A DNA stretch of 64,000 nt, taken from assembly GCA_022822185.1 (NCBI GenBank), contig JAJECE010000048.1, positions 7,809-71,808 on the forward strand. Reading direction: 5' to 3'. How positions within the stretch are numbered: position 1 is the first letter of the stretch; each line of letters opens with the position of its first letter. Of the stretch, positions 38,825-48,200 are shown one piece after another. The notes under the pieces were generated by a model. The model was not told the DNA's origin, searched no databases, and worked only from the letters and a program-made list of their open reading frames with translations. A program made the position numbers and the translations under genes. The DNA is from Rhodothermales bacterium. Its GTDB lineage: Bacteria > Bacteroidota > Rhodothermia > Rhodothermales > Bin80.

Positions 38825-40150
38825 TTACTGCCAGGGTATTCGGCCGCTGTCCTGTATATACTGTCGCAATGCGGCGGCGAGTTGACGGAAGATCTCCGGT
38901 TCGGTTGTGGACAGGTCTGTGGTTTCAAGCGGGTCCCGCTCCAGGTTATACAGTTCCAGTGGAGCATAGGGGCTGTTATGCAGCAGTTTCCAGGGGCCCT
39001 TGCGAACGGCTTCAATGGTTTTGCCGCTAAAGCGAACCCCTCCTTCGCGTCTGGAGAAAAAGATGGTCCGCTCCGTGTCCGGCGGGGAACCGCCACGAAA
39101 TGAATCAAAAAAACTGAGTCCGTCGATCTTGTGCGGAATCCGAATTCCAGCTGCTTCAAGGATTGTCGGATAAATATCCATTGTCGTTAGTACAGTATTA
39201 TTCTCGCTGCCGGCAGAGGTATGCTCTGGGAAGGAGGCAATTGCCGGAACCCGAATCCCCCCTTCATATACTGTGCCCTTTCCCTCTCGCAGGGGCCCGT
39301 TATTCGCCCCTGCATTCAGCTGTCCGCCATTATCACTGACAAACATCACGAGCGTATTTTCGTCAAATCCGTTTTCATGTAAGGATTGAAGAACCTGCCC
39401 AATACCTTCGTCCATGTGCTCAATCAGGGCGACAAGTCTAGCTCTTGTGGTATCGACGCCTGTCTCTCGGCGCAGAACGTGATCAACCCATTCATCCGGC
39501 GGCTGAATGGGGGTATGCGGAGCATTATAGGAGAGGTACAGGAAGAACGGTGCGGAGGAATGGGTACGGCTTTCAATGTAACGCACTGCCCAGTTGGAGA
39601 ACAGTTCGGTTGCGTGTCCTTCCGGATGAATCGTTTCCTCGCCGCGGCGCATGTAATTGAGACCATGCCGCCGGTGATGGTAGTAATCATCCATCATGTC
39701 TCCCAGAAACCCCTCAAAATGCTCAAATCCCCGATCTATTGGGCGGTCGGGGGCCTTCAGGCCGAGATGCCATTTGCCGACCATTGCAGTGTGATATCCG
39801 TGGCTTCGAAGCATTTCCGGCAGCAGGTTTGCATCCTCTGCGAGGTTCCCCCAATTATCTGCGGCATGGGTACGAATGACTCCGGGGACACCGACCAGCG
39901 GGGGATAGCGGCCGGAGAGAAGGGAGGCTCTGGTGGGGGAGCAGACGGGGGAGTTCGCATAGAACTGTGTGAAGCGAACGCCATCGGCAGCCAGACTGTC
40001 CAGAGCCGGTGAGTGCAGATCGTCAGCCCCGTATGCCGACAGATCGCCGTGTCCAAGATCGTCCGCTAAAATGAGGACAATATTCGGTTTTTGGGCGACA
40101 GTAGCACTGGTCCAAAAGAAAATTAGAAGTATTAACAAAAACCTTCGCAT
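38825..40150 (-). CDS. Arylsulfatase (Cys-type)
   Basis: Signal peptide MRRFLLILLIFFWTSATVAQ starts at the ATG at 40150; the ORF is open up to 40213. IVLILADDLGHGDL, signature CSPTRASLLSGRY, GKWHLG. Confidence 0.9.
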   Translation of the reverse strand: MRRFLLILLIFFWTSATVAQKPNIVLILADDLGHGDLSAYGADDLHSPALDSLAADGVRFTQFYANSPVCSPTRASLLSGRYPPLVGVPGVIRTHAADNWGNLAEDANLLPEMLRSHGYHTAMVGKWHLGLKAPDRPIDRGFEHFEGFLGDMMDDYYHHRRHGLNYMRRGEETIHPEGHATELFSNWAVRYIESRTHSSAPFFLYLSYNAPHTPIQPPDEWVDHVLRRETGVDTTRARLVALIEHMDEGIGQVLQSLHENGFDENTLVMFVSDNGGQLNAGANNGPLREGKGTVYEGGIRVPAIASFPEHTSAGSENNTVLTTMDIYPTILEAAGIRIPHKIDGLSFFDSFRGGSPPDTERTIFFSRREGGVRFSGKTIEAVRKGPWKLLHNSPYAPLELYNLERDPLETTDLSTTEPEIFRQLAAALRQYIQDSGRIPWQ

Positions 40151-40448
40151 ATCACGGAAGTGCAAGGTTGAGATTTTAATTCCAGATTGGGTCCCGAATT
40201 TGGTAACCCTCACAAGTAATCACGAATCACCTTATATTGTTGGCTAGAACTCTGGATGAACTAAATCTCCCTTGCATAGTTCGCATGTTGATGACGTTGA
40301 ATATGGTTTTGCTCTTTTTGCCGAGAAAATTGTTCTATCATAGCGAAGTTTCAATGGGCGGCATGTCAGGTTACCCTGAACGGGGGCTTGATTTGAGGGC
40401 AATTTGTTTATCGTCAGTTAGAGCCATAGTTTGCAATTTTATTAAAAA

Positions 40449-40937
40449 ATGAGTAACCATACAGAGTCAAATGGTATTCGGGATCCGCAAAGTTCCGTTT
40501 TAGTGGCACGCCAGATATTGTGGTTAGCACATAGACATGGCAGGGTCCTTACGCCGATGCAATTGCTTAAGTTAGTATATATCGGACATGGCTGGATGTT
40601 GGCCTTGTATGGTCGTTCATTATTTTATGAATCGGTGGAGGCTTGGAGATATGGCCCTGTTGAGCCTAATGTCTATAATGCATTCAAGAAGTTTGGAGGT
40701 AATCAGATTACGGAACCCCTGAAGGATTACAGTGATCATTTTGATGAGTACGAATTAGATATTATGGAACAAGTTGTCAGCGTCTACAGCGACTATACCG
40801 GCATCCAACTATCAAGTCTCACCCATAAGAATGGCAGCCCTTGGGACACAACGATTAAGATGCTGGGGCAAAAAGCGATAATTTCCAACGATTTGATTAA
40901 GCAGCATTATCGCAATCTTTTATCATCCTCCAAATAG
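40449..40937 (+). CDS. Panacea (DUF4065, SocA/GepA-like) domain protein, putative antitoxin
   Basis: 162 aa. LTPMQLLKLVYIGHGWMLALYGRSLFYESVEAWRYGPVEPNVYNAFKKFG ... LSSLTHKNGSPW matches the DUF4065 core (lKLqKLlY...feAW.yGPV...vY). Confidence 0.8.
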   Translation: MSNHTESNGIRDPQSSVLVARQILWLAHRHGRVLTPMQLLKLVYIGHGWMLALYGRSLFYESVEAWRYGPVEPNVYNAFKKFGGNQITEPLKDYSDHFDEYELDIMEQVVSVYSDYTGIQLSSLTHKNGSPWDTTIKMLGQKAIISNDLIKQHYRNLLSSSK

Positions 40938-40949
40938 CATTATCTAACA

Positions 40950-41285
40950 GTGAGTGAGAGACACAGAAAAATTCTGAAGGAGGATGCTCCAGAGCGTCCT
41001 ACCCGTGAATCTCTGGAGGAGTCTCAGTTTCTCCATGAAGCAAGACGGAATGAATCTTCCCGCAACCATATTCACACGGCTATGTTGGTTGTTTTATGGG
41101 GTGTTATCGGAGCATTTTTGGTTTCAGGTCTAACTTGGCTGTATCATCAGTTATCTCCCGTAGGTTGGCATTATCTTCCAGATGAACAGGTTGCCTATTT
41201 GGGCACGATTCTTTTTAGTGGAGCAGGATCAGCGCTCTTAACCAACCAATTCTCAGCATGGTTGCGAAAGAACACGAAAACTTGA
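40950..41285 (+). CDS. Small two-TM membrane protein (candidate toxin partner of the Panacea protein)
   Basis: 111 aa. GTG start 12 nt after the Panacea stop codon. Charged N-terminus, then two hydrophobic helices (AMLVVLWGVIGAFLVSGLTWLY; LGTILFSGAGSALL). No recognisable family. Confidence 0.45.
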   Translation: MSERHRKILKEDAPERPTRESLEESQFLHEARRNESSRNHIHTAMLVVLWGVIGAFLVSGLTWLYHQLSPVGWHYLPDEQVAYLGTILFSGAGSALLTNQFSAWLRKNTKT

Positions 41286-41337
41286 TCGCTGCTGTAATAT
41301 GGGCCATGCGGTATGCATTCTCTGATGATGTGGTGAA

Positions 41338-42444
41338 TCATGTGCAGTCATAGGGCTGGCGGAACATGGAATCCCAGCCTTCTAGGATTTGTTCTTGGGT
41401 AACTTTGCTGGTGATATACGCGTTTCCAATCTCCTGGAGGAGGATGAGGCGAAGGCTGCCAGATTGAACTTTCTTATCGTAGTACATCGCCCGGAGCAGT
41501 TCTTTGGGATCAAGGTGGCGGATTGAGTTCCGTACGGGCAGTCGTTGCAGGAGAGAATGGATGATTTCGTGCGGTAGATCCGGGTTGAGCATGGCAGATA
41601 CTCTGGCGGCGGCACGCATGCCAAGGGCAACGGCCTCTCCGTGTGTGAACTCTCCGTATCCTGCAATCCGCTCAATTGCATGCGCGAAGGTGTGTCCAAA
41701 GTTCAGGATTGCCCGCCTGGAGGCCTCCCGTTCATCTTCACTGACCACCTCTGCTTTGATCTCGGCTGCCCGCAGGACCATGCGCCGGATGATGGCTGGG
41801 TCCCGACGAAGAATGCGGTCCCAGTTCACAGACAATTCCTCTGCAAAACCTGCATCCGCAATCAATCCATGTTTAACGACCTCCGCAAGCCCGCTTCGCC
41901 ATTCCAGTTCTGGAAGACTCTGGAGCAGATCCAGATCGGTGAGTACCAGTTTTGGCTGATAAAATGCTCCGATCAGGTTCTTGCCCAGAGCATGATTAAT
42001 TCCGGTCTTCCCTCCGATAGAGCTATCTACTTGTGCAATCAGAGATGTTGGCAGGTGCACCAGTGGCAGGCCGCGAAGCAGGGTAGCTGCAGCAAAGCCC
42101 GCCAGATCTCCAATCACGCCTCCGCCAAGTGCAAGAACCGGGGTTTGGCGATCAATACCTGCGCCTAAAGCTTGATCATAGATACGCTGCAGCAGGTTGG
42201 GCTGTTTAGACGACTCCCCCGGCGGAAGGAGGATTGTCGTAAGATCTCTCCAGCCGGATTCGTGGAGGATATCCTGAAGTGTTTCCAGATAAAGTGCAGC
42301 CACATTGGTATCGGTCACAATGATGCAAGGTCCCTTTCGAAGTCCATTTGCATCTAACAGGGACGGCAGCGCCTGCAGGCCGGAAAACTGAATCGGGTAC
42401 GCACGCCCGTGATCCAGCTGTACCTGCACAATAGCTTCGCTCAT
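41338..42444 (-). CDS. aroB: 3-dehydroquinate synthase
   Basis: 368 aa. LGGGVIGDLAGFAAATLLRG, PTSLIAQVDSSIGGKTGINH, KNLIGAFYQP, LNFGHTFAHAIE, HGEAVALGM. Confidence 0.95.
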   Translation of the reverse strand: MSEAIVQVQLDHGRAYPIQFSGLQALPSLLDANGLRKGPCIIVTDTNVAALYLETLQDILHESGWRDLTTILLPPGESSKQPNLLQRIYDQALGAGIDRQTPVLALGGGVIGDLAGFAAATLLRGLPLVHLPTSLIAQVDSSIGGKTGINHALGKNLIGAFYQPKLVLTDLDLLQSLPELEWRSGLAEVVKHGLIADAGFAEELSVNWDRILRRDPAIIRRMVLRAAEIKAEVVSEDEREASRRAILNFGHTFAHAIERIAGYGEFTHGEAVALGMRAAARVSAMLNPDLPHEIIHSLLQRLPVRNSIRHLDPKELLRAMYYDKKVQSGSLRLILLQEIGNAYITSKVTQEQILEGWDSMFRQPYDCT

Positions 42445-42455
42445 AGGATCCGGGT

Positions 42456-42491
42456 CCGAATTCCGGGGCCGCAGCCGGCCCCGGAATTCGG
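42456..42491 (-). terminator. Perfect 16-bp GC-rich hairpin between htrA and aroB (possible U-tract-less terminator or attenuator)
   Basis: CCGAATTCCGGGGCCG (42456-42471), loop CAGC, CGGCCCCGGAATTCGG (42476-42491). Lies 37 nt downstream of the htrA stop codon on the minus strand. There is no T-run on the minus strand; a T-rich stretch follows on the plus strand only. Confidence 0.4.
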
Positions 42492-42527
42492 TTCGTTTTA
42501 GTTTGCCCTGTTTCGTGAGCAGGCTGA

Positions 42528-44078
42528 CTATTCAGGCTTCGTGAGTGCAGTCATTAGAGGCAGGAACTCATTCGTATCTTCGGTGACCGGCTGAATCCGC
42601 AGCACCTTGACTAAAAAGGTTGCGCCCGGTTTAATGTCTTTGTATACACGCCGGAAGTCTCGAATATTTTTCACGGGCTCCCGATTGATTTCCACGATGA
42701 CATCGTTCGGGCGCAGGTCTGACTCATCAAACGCTCTACTGCTTTCATCAATGGATTGAATCCAGACCCCTTCAATCTCTTCAGAGACATAAAAGCGCTC
42801 TTCCAGCGTTTCCTGATCCAGATTCTGAAGCTTAAGTCCAAGTTCGTCCAGATTCCCCTGATCGTCACGCTCCGTCTCATCCGGCTCGTCATTGCGCGAA
42901 AGATTTTCAGGGAGGGATCCCAGCGTGACTTCAATTTGAATTCGTTCCTCTCCACGGATAATATCAAGCAGGACCTGATCTCCAGGGGCTTTATTTCCGA
43001 TGGTCGCTCTCAAAAGCAGGTAGTCAGCGAGTTCTACCCCGTCAATGCCTGCAATGATGTCACCGGCTTTCACGCCGGCCTTATCGGCGGCGGTATCTTT
43101 CTCTACCCGTCTGACCTGTGCAGAGCCTGGAGGTGCATCCATTGCGGTGGCGAGAGATTGGGATACACGGTCAAATTGTATGCCGAGGAATCCGCGCTCT
43201 ACGCGCCCCTTATCAATGAGCTGTGTTGCCACATTGCTCACAATGGAGACGGGAATCGCGAACCCAATCCCGGCATTATTGCCTGTGGGGGAGAGGATCG
43301 CGGAATTGATGCCGACCAACTGCCCACTCATGTTGACCAGAGGCCCTCCCGAATTGCCCCGATTGATTGCGGCATCAGTTTGAATAAAGTCTGAGTAAAG
43401 GTTGATCCGGGCGAGCCGGTTACTGGTGCGCCCGACAGCACTCACGATGCCCGCGGTGACGGTATTATCCAAGGCTTCGTCCAGTGGGGATCCGAATGCC
43501 ATCACCCACTGCCCGACACGCACATTGCCTGATGGAGCAAGGGTCACGGTTGGCAGATCGGTTTCATTAATCCGGATCACTGCCAGATCAGAATCCTGGT
43601 CACGGCCGATCACTTCTGCGGTGAGGGTGCGGCCGTCATAGAGCAGGACCTGTAACTTGTCTGCACTCCCGACTACATGGTCATTGGTCACAATGTACCC
43701 GTCAGAGCGGATCAGGACTCCTGAACCCAGCCCTTGACGGACTTGTGGAAGGCCTGGAATACCATTATTCGGCATGAACTGCTCAAATGGTGTGCCCTCC
43801 CACGGATTACTATTGCTCTGGAGTTCAAGCTTCTCTGTGGAGCGAATCTGTACGACAGAGGGGTTCACCGCCTCCGCAACATCCACAAAGGCCTCCTCCC
43901 ATTCCAGACGTGCACTTTCAGATGGAGCCTGCAGGATGGTGGAGCTGCCGGCCTGCAGATCTGTGCCGACCTTGTGCCCCTGATCAAATAAGTTAACCCC
44001 GAGGGTTGCCGCAAGGACACCGGCAACAAATACACTGACGGTCAGAATGATGGTTGGAACAACACGGATTTTGTTCAT
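42528..44078 (-). CDS. htrA: Do/DegP/HtrA-family periplasmic serine protease with two PDZ domains
   Basis: 516 aa. N-terminal TM/signal. Catalytic triad contexts TNDHVV, DLAVIRI, GNSGGPLVN. Two PDZ-like segments (GFLGIQ... and GVWIQSI...). Confidence 0.9.
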   Translation of the reverse strand: MNKIRVVPTIILTVSVFVAGVLAATLGVNLFDQGHKVGTDLQAGSSTILQAPSESARLEWEEAFVDVAEAVNPSVVQIRSTEKLELQSNSNPWEGTPFEQFMPNNGIPGLPQVRQGLGSGVLIRSDGYIVTNDHVVGSADKLQVLLYDGRTLTAEVIGRDQDSDLAVIRINETDLPTVTLAPSGNVRVGQWVMAFGSPLDEALDNTVTAGIVSAVGRTSNRLARINLYSDFIQTDAAINRGNSGGPLVNMSGQLVGINSAILSPTGNNAGIGFAIPVSIVSNVATQLIDKGRVERGFLGIQFDRVSQSLATAMDAPPGSAQVRRVEKDTAADKAGVKAGDIIAGIDGVELADYLLLRATIGNKAPGDQVLLDIIRGEERIQIEVTLGSLPENLSRNDEPDETERDDQGNLDELGLKLQNLDQETLEERFYVSEEIEGVWIQSIDESSRAFDESDLRPNDVIVEINREPVKNIRDFRRVYKDIKPGATFLVKVLRIQPVTEDTNEFLPLMTALTKPE

Positions 44079-44157
44079 TGGACTGGATTAAGATGTTAGA
44101 ATTTTGTTTGTAAGCAGATACGAAATGCAAACAACGGGCCAAAGCCTTTTCGTAGTA

Positions 44158-45549
44158 TTATTGGCCGCCGGGAATGCCGGGTTGTGTCATATTTCGCACA
44201 TCAAGTAGTGCATCAAGTGTCGTTTCGTCCAGAATGTCCATATCCCGAACGATATCTCGCACCGTACGCCCGGAGGCGACCGCTTCTTTGGCAATTTTGG
44301 CGGCCATATCATATCCAATTGCACTGTTGAGCGCAGTTGCAAGAGATGGGTTCAATTCCAGAAGTTCCTGACAGCGGGCACGGTTGGCTTCCAGATCAGA
44401 GAGGCATTTATCAACGAATGCATTGCTTGCACCGGTGAGCAATTCAATACTCTCCAGAAGCGTAACCGCCATGACCGGCATCATTACGTTCAATTCCAGA
44501 TTTCCATGCTGTCCACAAACGGTCAGGGTTGTATGATTGCCCATGACCCGTGCACAGACCATCATCATTGCCTCACAGAGTACTGGGTTCACTTTCCCGG
44601 GCATGATGGAGGAACCGGGTTGGAGGGGCTTGAGGGAGAGTTCGGCAATACCACTGGTAGGACCACTGGAGAGGATTCGGATGTCGTTCGCAATCTTCAT
44701 GAGCGAAACCGCAACGGTATTGAGTGCGCCGGATGCCGACACAATTGCATCCCGCGCAGATTGTGCCTCAAAATGGTTTTCTGCTTCCCGAAAGGGTACC
44801 CCGGTTGACTCACTGACATAGGCGAGGGTCCGTTCGGGGAATTCTAGGTGACGATTAATGCCGGAGCCGGTTGCTGTCCCCCCCAGAGGCACCTCACACA
44901 GTTCCGCCTGTCCAGCCCGCACACGACTGATTCCCCGTGTCACCTGCATGGCATAACCGCCGAACTCCTGCCCCATCGTGATGGGGGTCGCATCCATAAG
45001 ATGGGTGCGTGCACTCTTGACTACATCATCAAAATTTTGACTTTTCTCCTGTAATGCATGCTCAAGTCGGGTGAGAGCGGGGATGAGATGATCCTCAATC
45101 TCACACGCAGCAGCGACCTGTATAGATGTGGGCACCACATCATTCGAAGATTGGCACATGTTCACATGATCATTCGGATGAACCTCCTGATCTGTGAGCA
45201 TTTTGGTGGCCAGCCGGGCAATGACTTCATTGGCGTTCATGTTGCTGGATGTGCCGCTTCCTGTCTGGTAGACATCAAGCGGGAACTGATCGTCAAGGTC
45301 ACCGGCAATCACAGTTTCTGCCGATTTACAGATGGCATCTGCCACAGAGTGATCCAGCATTTCCGTATCCGCGTTCGCCTTTGCGGCCGCATATTTGATT
45401 TGCCCCAGTGCCCGGATGAATGCACGCGGCATGCGTTGTCCGCTGATCGGGAAGTTGTCTATCGCCCGCTGCGTTTGTGCGCCATAGATTGCATTGGAAG
45501 GGACGCGCACCTCCCCAAGTGAATCTGTTTCAATTCGAAAGTCACTCAT
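44158..45549 (-). CDS. fumC: Class II fumarate hydratase
   Basis: 463 aa. GAQTQRA, TGSGTSSNMNANEV, signature GSSIMPGKVNP, C-terminal region typical of FumC. Confidence 0.95.
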   Translation of the reverse strand: MSDFRIETDSLGEVRVPSNAIYGAQTQRAIDNFPISGQRMPRAFIRALGQIKYAAAKANADTEMLDHSVADAICKSAETVIAGDLDDQFPLDVYQTGSGTSSNMNANEVIARLATKMLTDQEVHPNDHVNMCQSSNDVVPTSIQVAAACEIEDHLIPALTRLEHALQEKSQNFDDVVKSARTHLMDATPITMGQEFGGYAMQVTRGISRVRAGQAELCEVPLGGTATGSGINRHLEFPERTLAYVSESTGVPFREAENHFEAQSARDAIVSASGALNTVAVSLMKIANDIRILSSGPTSGIAELSLKPLQPGSSIMPGKVNPVLCEAMMMVCARVMGNHTTLTVCGQHGNLELNVMMPVMAVTLLESIELLTGASNAFVDKCLSDLEANRARCQELLELNPSLATALNSAIGYDMAAKIAKEAVASGRTVRDIVRDMDILDETTLDALLDVRNMTQPGIPGGQ

Positions 45550-46160
45550 GGTGTACAGATGAAGGTACAGAAATAACTAATATACAACGAAGGCTGTGGG
45601 AATACTATCCAAAAGCAGCAATGAGGGGAAACTTTCCCATTCAGGTGGACAAAACGGGTACAACCGGGGAGTATAGTGCCTCCCCGATTGCTTACACAGC
45701 ACCATCCGCTTGATGCTGTGCCCGTTTAAGGATTATAAGACAAAGTCCCCCGTTGGTTCAAGGAAGCGGCAGCATGTGACGATCCGCTTTCGTCTGCGAG
45801 GCGACAGGAAGAATCGTGAGTTCCCAAATGCGAACTCACGATTCTGTGCGGGGGGCCTGGGGAAACCCGGTTCCCTGCCGCGATGTCCGAGTTTCTATGT
45901 CTGGCGTGCGGGTACCAGGCGAATGCGTCCGTAAATATCCGGGTATCGGGGATGGCGTTCTGACACGAATTGTGCCGGACGGGTTGGGAGTCTGTGGTTG
46001 ACCTGTGTTGCGGAGCGCAAGCCCGCAATGACAGGCAATGGGCGATGAAACACCAAAAAGATCATGAGAGTTGTTGCTCATGGAAATAATTCCCAAGGCT
46101 ATAAACGAATTCTATATCTTGTTGTAATATATAAATTCAAAACAAATCGCAGGGGTTCCC

Positions 46161-47033
46161 GTGAAGATTATTCGGACAGTTCCAGAAATGCAGGTATACG
46201 CGGAGATGCAGCGTATGCATGGTCACAAATTAGCACTGGTCCCAACCATGGGCAGCCTGCATAAGGGGCATTTGTCTCTTGTAAAACGTGCGCAGGTGGA
46301 AGCAGACCATGTTACGGTGTCTATCTTTGTCAATCCGACCCAGTTTGGGCCTAGTGAAGACTTTGAAGCCTATCCGCGTGATTTTCAGAGAGATTGTGCG
46401 TTGCTGGAGGAGTTAGGCGGGGTCAGTGCGGTCTTCGCTCCGAGCGAGGCAACGCTCTATCCTGCGGGATCCGACCAGCAGCGTGTATGGATCACTTGCC
46501 CGGAAATGTCCAGCCAACTGTGCGGCAAATATAGATCGGGGCATTTCAGGGGAGTTCTGACGGTGGTCATGAAACTGTTCGCAGCGTGCAATCCCCACAT
46601 CGGGGTATTCGGTCTTAAGGACATTCAGCAGTTTGTTCTGCTGAAGAAGATGATTGGGGATTTGTCGCTGAACATAAAAATTATTGGAGGCGATACAGTT
46701 CGTGAAGCGAATGGCCTGGCGTATTCTTCCCGTAATGAGTACCTCACGGCGGAGGAGCGTCATCAGGCAGGGATAATTTCGGAGGCGATCTACTCGGCAG
46801 TCCAGATGATTGAAGCAGGGGAGAAAAATCTTGAAACGGTAACCGGCAAAATACACGAGATGATTGGCAGCGTGCAGCAGGCAAACTTACAGTATGCAGA
46901 GATTGTCACCGCCGGTACACTCCAGCCGATTGAACAATTCATGCCGGGCATGCAGGTGATTGTCGCGCTTGCGGTATATTTTCGGCAGATTCGGCTCATT
47001 GATAATGCTTTTGCTCTTGTTCCGGCGCAGTAG
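46161..47033 (+). CDS. panC: Pantoate--beta-alanine ligase
   Basis: 290 aa, GTG start. LVPTMGSLHKGHLSLV, VSIFVNPTQF, GHFRGVLTVV, FGLKDIQQ. Confidence 0.95.
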   Translation: MKIIRTVPEMQVYAEMQRMHGHKLALVPTMGSLHKGHLSLVKRAQVEADHVTVSIFVNPTQFGPSEDFEAYPRDFQRDCALLEELGGVSAVFAPSEATLYPAGSDQQRVWITCPEMSSQLCGKYRSGHFRGVLTVVMKLFAACNPHIGVFGLKDIQQFVLLKKMIGDLSLNIKIIGGDTVREANGLAYSSRNEYLTAEERHQAGIISEAIYSAVQMIEAGEKNLETVTGKIHEMIGSVQQANLQYAEIVTAGTLQPIEQFMPGMQVIVALAVYFRQIRLIDNAFALVPAQ

Positions 47034-48048
47034 GTTTTCGATCTATGTATGCTTTGGCTGTCTGATTGCGGCCTATCATCCGGCCTATGGCCAGAAAGAT
47101 ACCATGTATCCAATTCTGGAGGATGGTTTATTTGGATTTATCAACAGCAGCGGTGAGGTTATCATTGAACCGAAATATGACGGAGCAAAAATGTCTTCCG
47201 AAGGGCTTGCTGCGGTGCGACTTGGCTACTCGTGGGGATTCGTTGATCTACAGGATTCCGTACGTATCGCGCCGCAATTCTCGTCTGTTTTCCCGTTTTC
47301 GGACGGTATTGCCCGTGTACAGTCTGGGCAGTACTGGACTTTTATTGACAGGAATGGAGAGCGGATTACCGATGAGTATTTCATGTCTGCGTTGGATTTC
47401 AGCAGCGGTTTAGCGCCGGTACGTGTGCGACCGGGCACGGTTGCCGGACTTGAGCCCAAGTGGGGGTTCATTGACCGGGAGGGCGAGATGGTTGTACCGG
47501 ACCGATTTGTTCGTGCGCTCCCGTTCTCGGATGGAATGGCCGCCGCTGAGGTTACCCGAAAGGTGATTGTGATCAGCATTAACACGCGTTGGGGCTTACT
47601 TGCTCCAGACGGTTCATGGATTGTTGAACCGGAATTTCACTCCATGCGGAATCCCTCGGAAGGTCTTGCCCTTGTCCGCAAGGGCCGGCAGCGCGGGTTC
47701 ATTGATGCCACCGGGGCCTTTGTGCTGGAACTGGACTATGAACAGGTTTTTTCGTTCAAAGAAAACCGGGCGCGGGTGAATGAAGGGGGTTTATGGGGAT
47801 TTATTAACCGGAAGGGCGAGGTTGTGGTTGCGCCCGGTTACCAGAGGGCGGATGATTTTTCAAATGGCCGTGCACTGGTGTTAACGGGGGACGGATATGG
47901 ATTTCTGGATTCAACGGGAACCATGGTGATTCCCCCTCAATACGAGAAGGCATCTTCCTTTGATCGGGGGCTTGCCTGGGTCACTCTGGACGGGCAGTCA
48001 GGATACATTGATACGACCGGGATTTTCGTGTGGAGGGAGGACGAGTAG
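47005..48048 (+). CDS. WG-repeat (KWG) protein, secreted
   Basis: Hydrophobic N-terminus from the ATG at 47005; the ORF is open from 46960. At least 6 repeats of the type WGFIDREGEMVVPDRF / WGFINRKGEVVVAPGY / YGFLDSTGTMVIPPQY. Confidence 0.75.
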   Translation: MLLLLFRRSRFSIYVCFGCLIAAYHPAYGQKDTMYPILEDGLFGFINSSGEVIIEPKYDGAKMSSEGLAAVRLGYSWGFVDLQDSVRIAPQFSSVFPFSDGIARVQSGQYWTFIDRNGERITDEYFMSALDFSSGLAPVRVRPGTVAGLEPKWGFIDREGEMVVPDRFVRALPFSDGMAAAEVTRKVIVISINTRWGLLAPDGSWIVEPEFHSMRNPSEGLALVRKGRQRGFIDATGAFVLELDYEQVFSFKENRARVNEGGLWGFINRKGEVVVAPGYQRADDFSNGRALVLTGDGYGFLDSTGTMVIPPQYEKASSFDRGLAWVTLDGQSGYIDTTGIFVWREDE

Positions 48049-48200
48049 GCTCAATCAGAACAGAATATCTTTTCTCTGGCTCACTCAGCAAAGGCTGGGG
48101 CATAACCCTCGGTGACACAAAAGATCAGGGAAGGGCGCGAGCATTGGGCTGTCTTGTTCCCCCTACAGTCTCGGAAACGTATCGTTGTAACCGGTCCGCC

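Noticed and set aside
38722-39159. 145-aa minus-strand ORF overlapping the 3' part of the third sulfatase gene in another frame.
   Set aside because: Arg/Ser/Pro-rich shadow ORF inside a strongly supported sulfatase coding region.
40237-40452. 71-aa TTG-initiated ORF whose stop codon overlaps the Panacea start codon (ATGA). This could suggest a three-gene cassette.
   Set aside because: It lies in an AT-rich promoter-like spacer with a non-ATG start and a hydrophobic, low-complexity sequence with no support. It is noted in case conservation analysis says otherwise.
45550-46160. Tested the long fumC/panC spacer by eye for RNase P RNA, tmRNA, SRP RNA and cobalamin/TPP riboswitch cores.
   Set aside because: The diagnostic strings are absent on both strands: GGAAAGTCCGGGC / ACAGAACCCGGCTTA for RNase P, a GGGGCTGA 5' end and T-loop/tag reading frame for tmRNA, GGAA-tetraloop helix 8 for SRP, and the GCCACTG B12 box. 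Only vague resemblances were seen (GGAAGCGGCAGC, CCTGGGGAAACCC). The region is kept as an unexplained structured region only.
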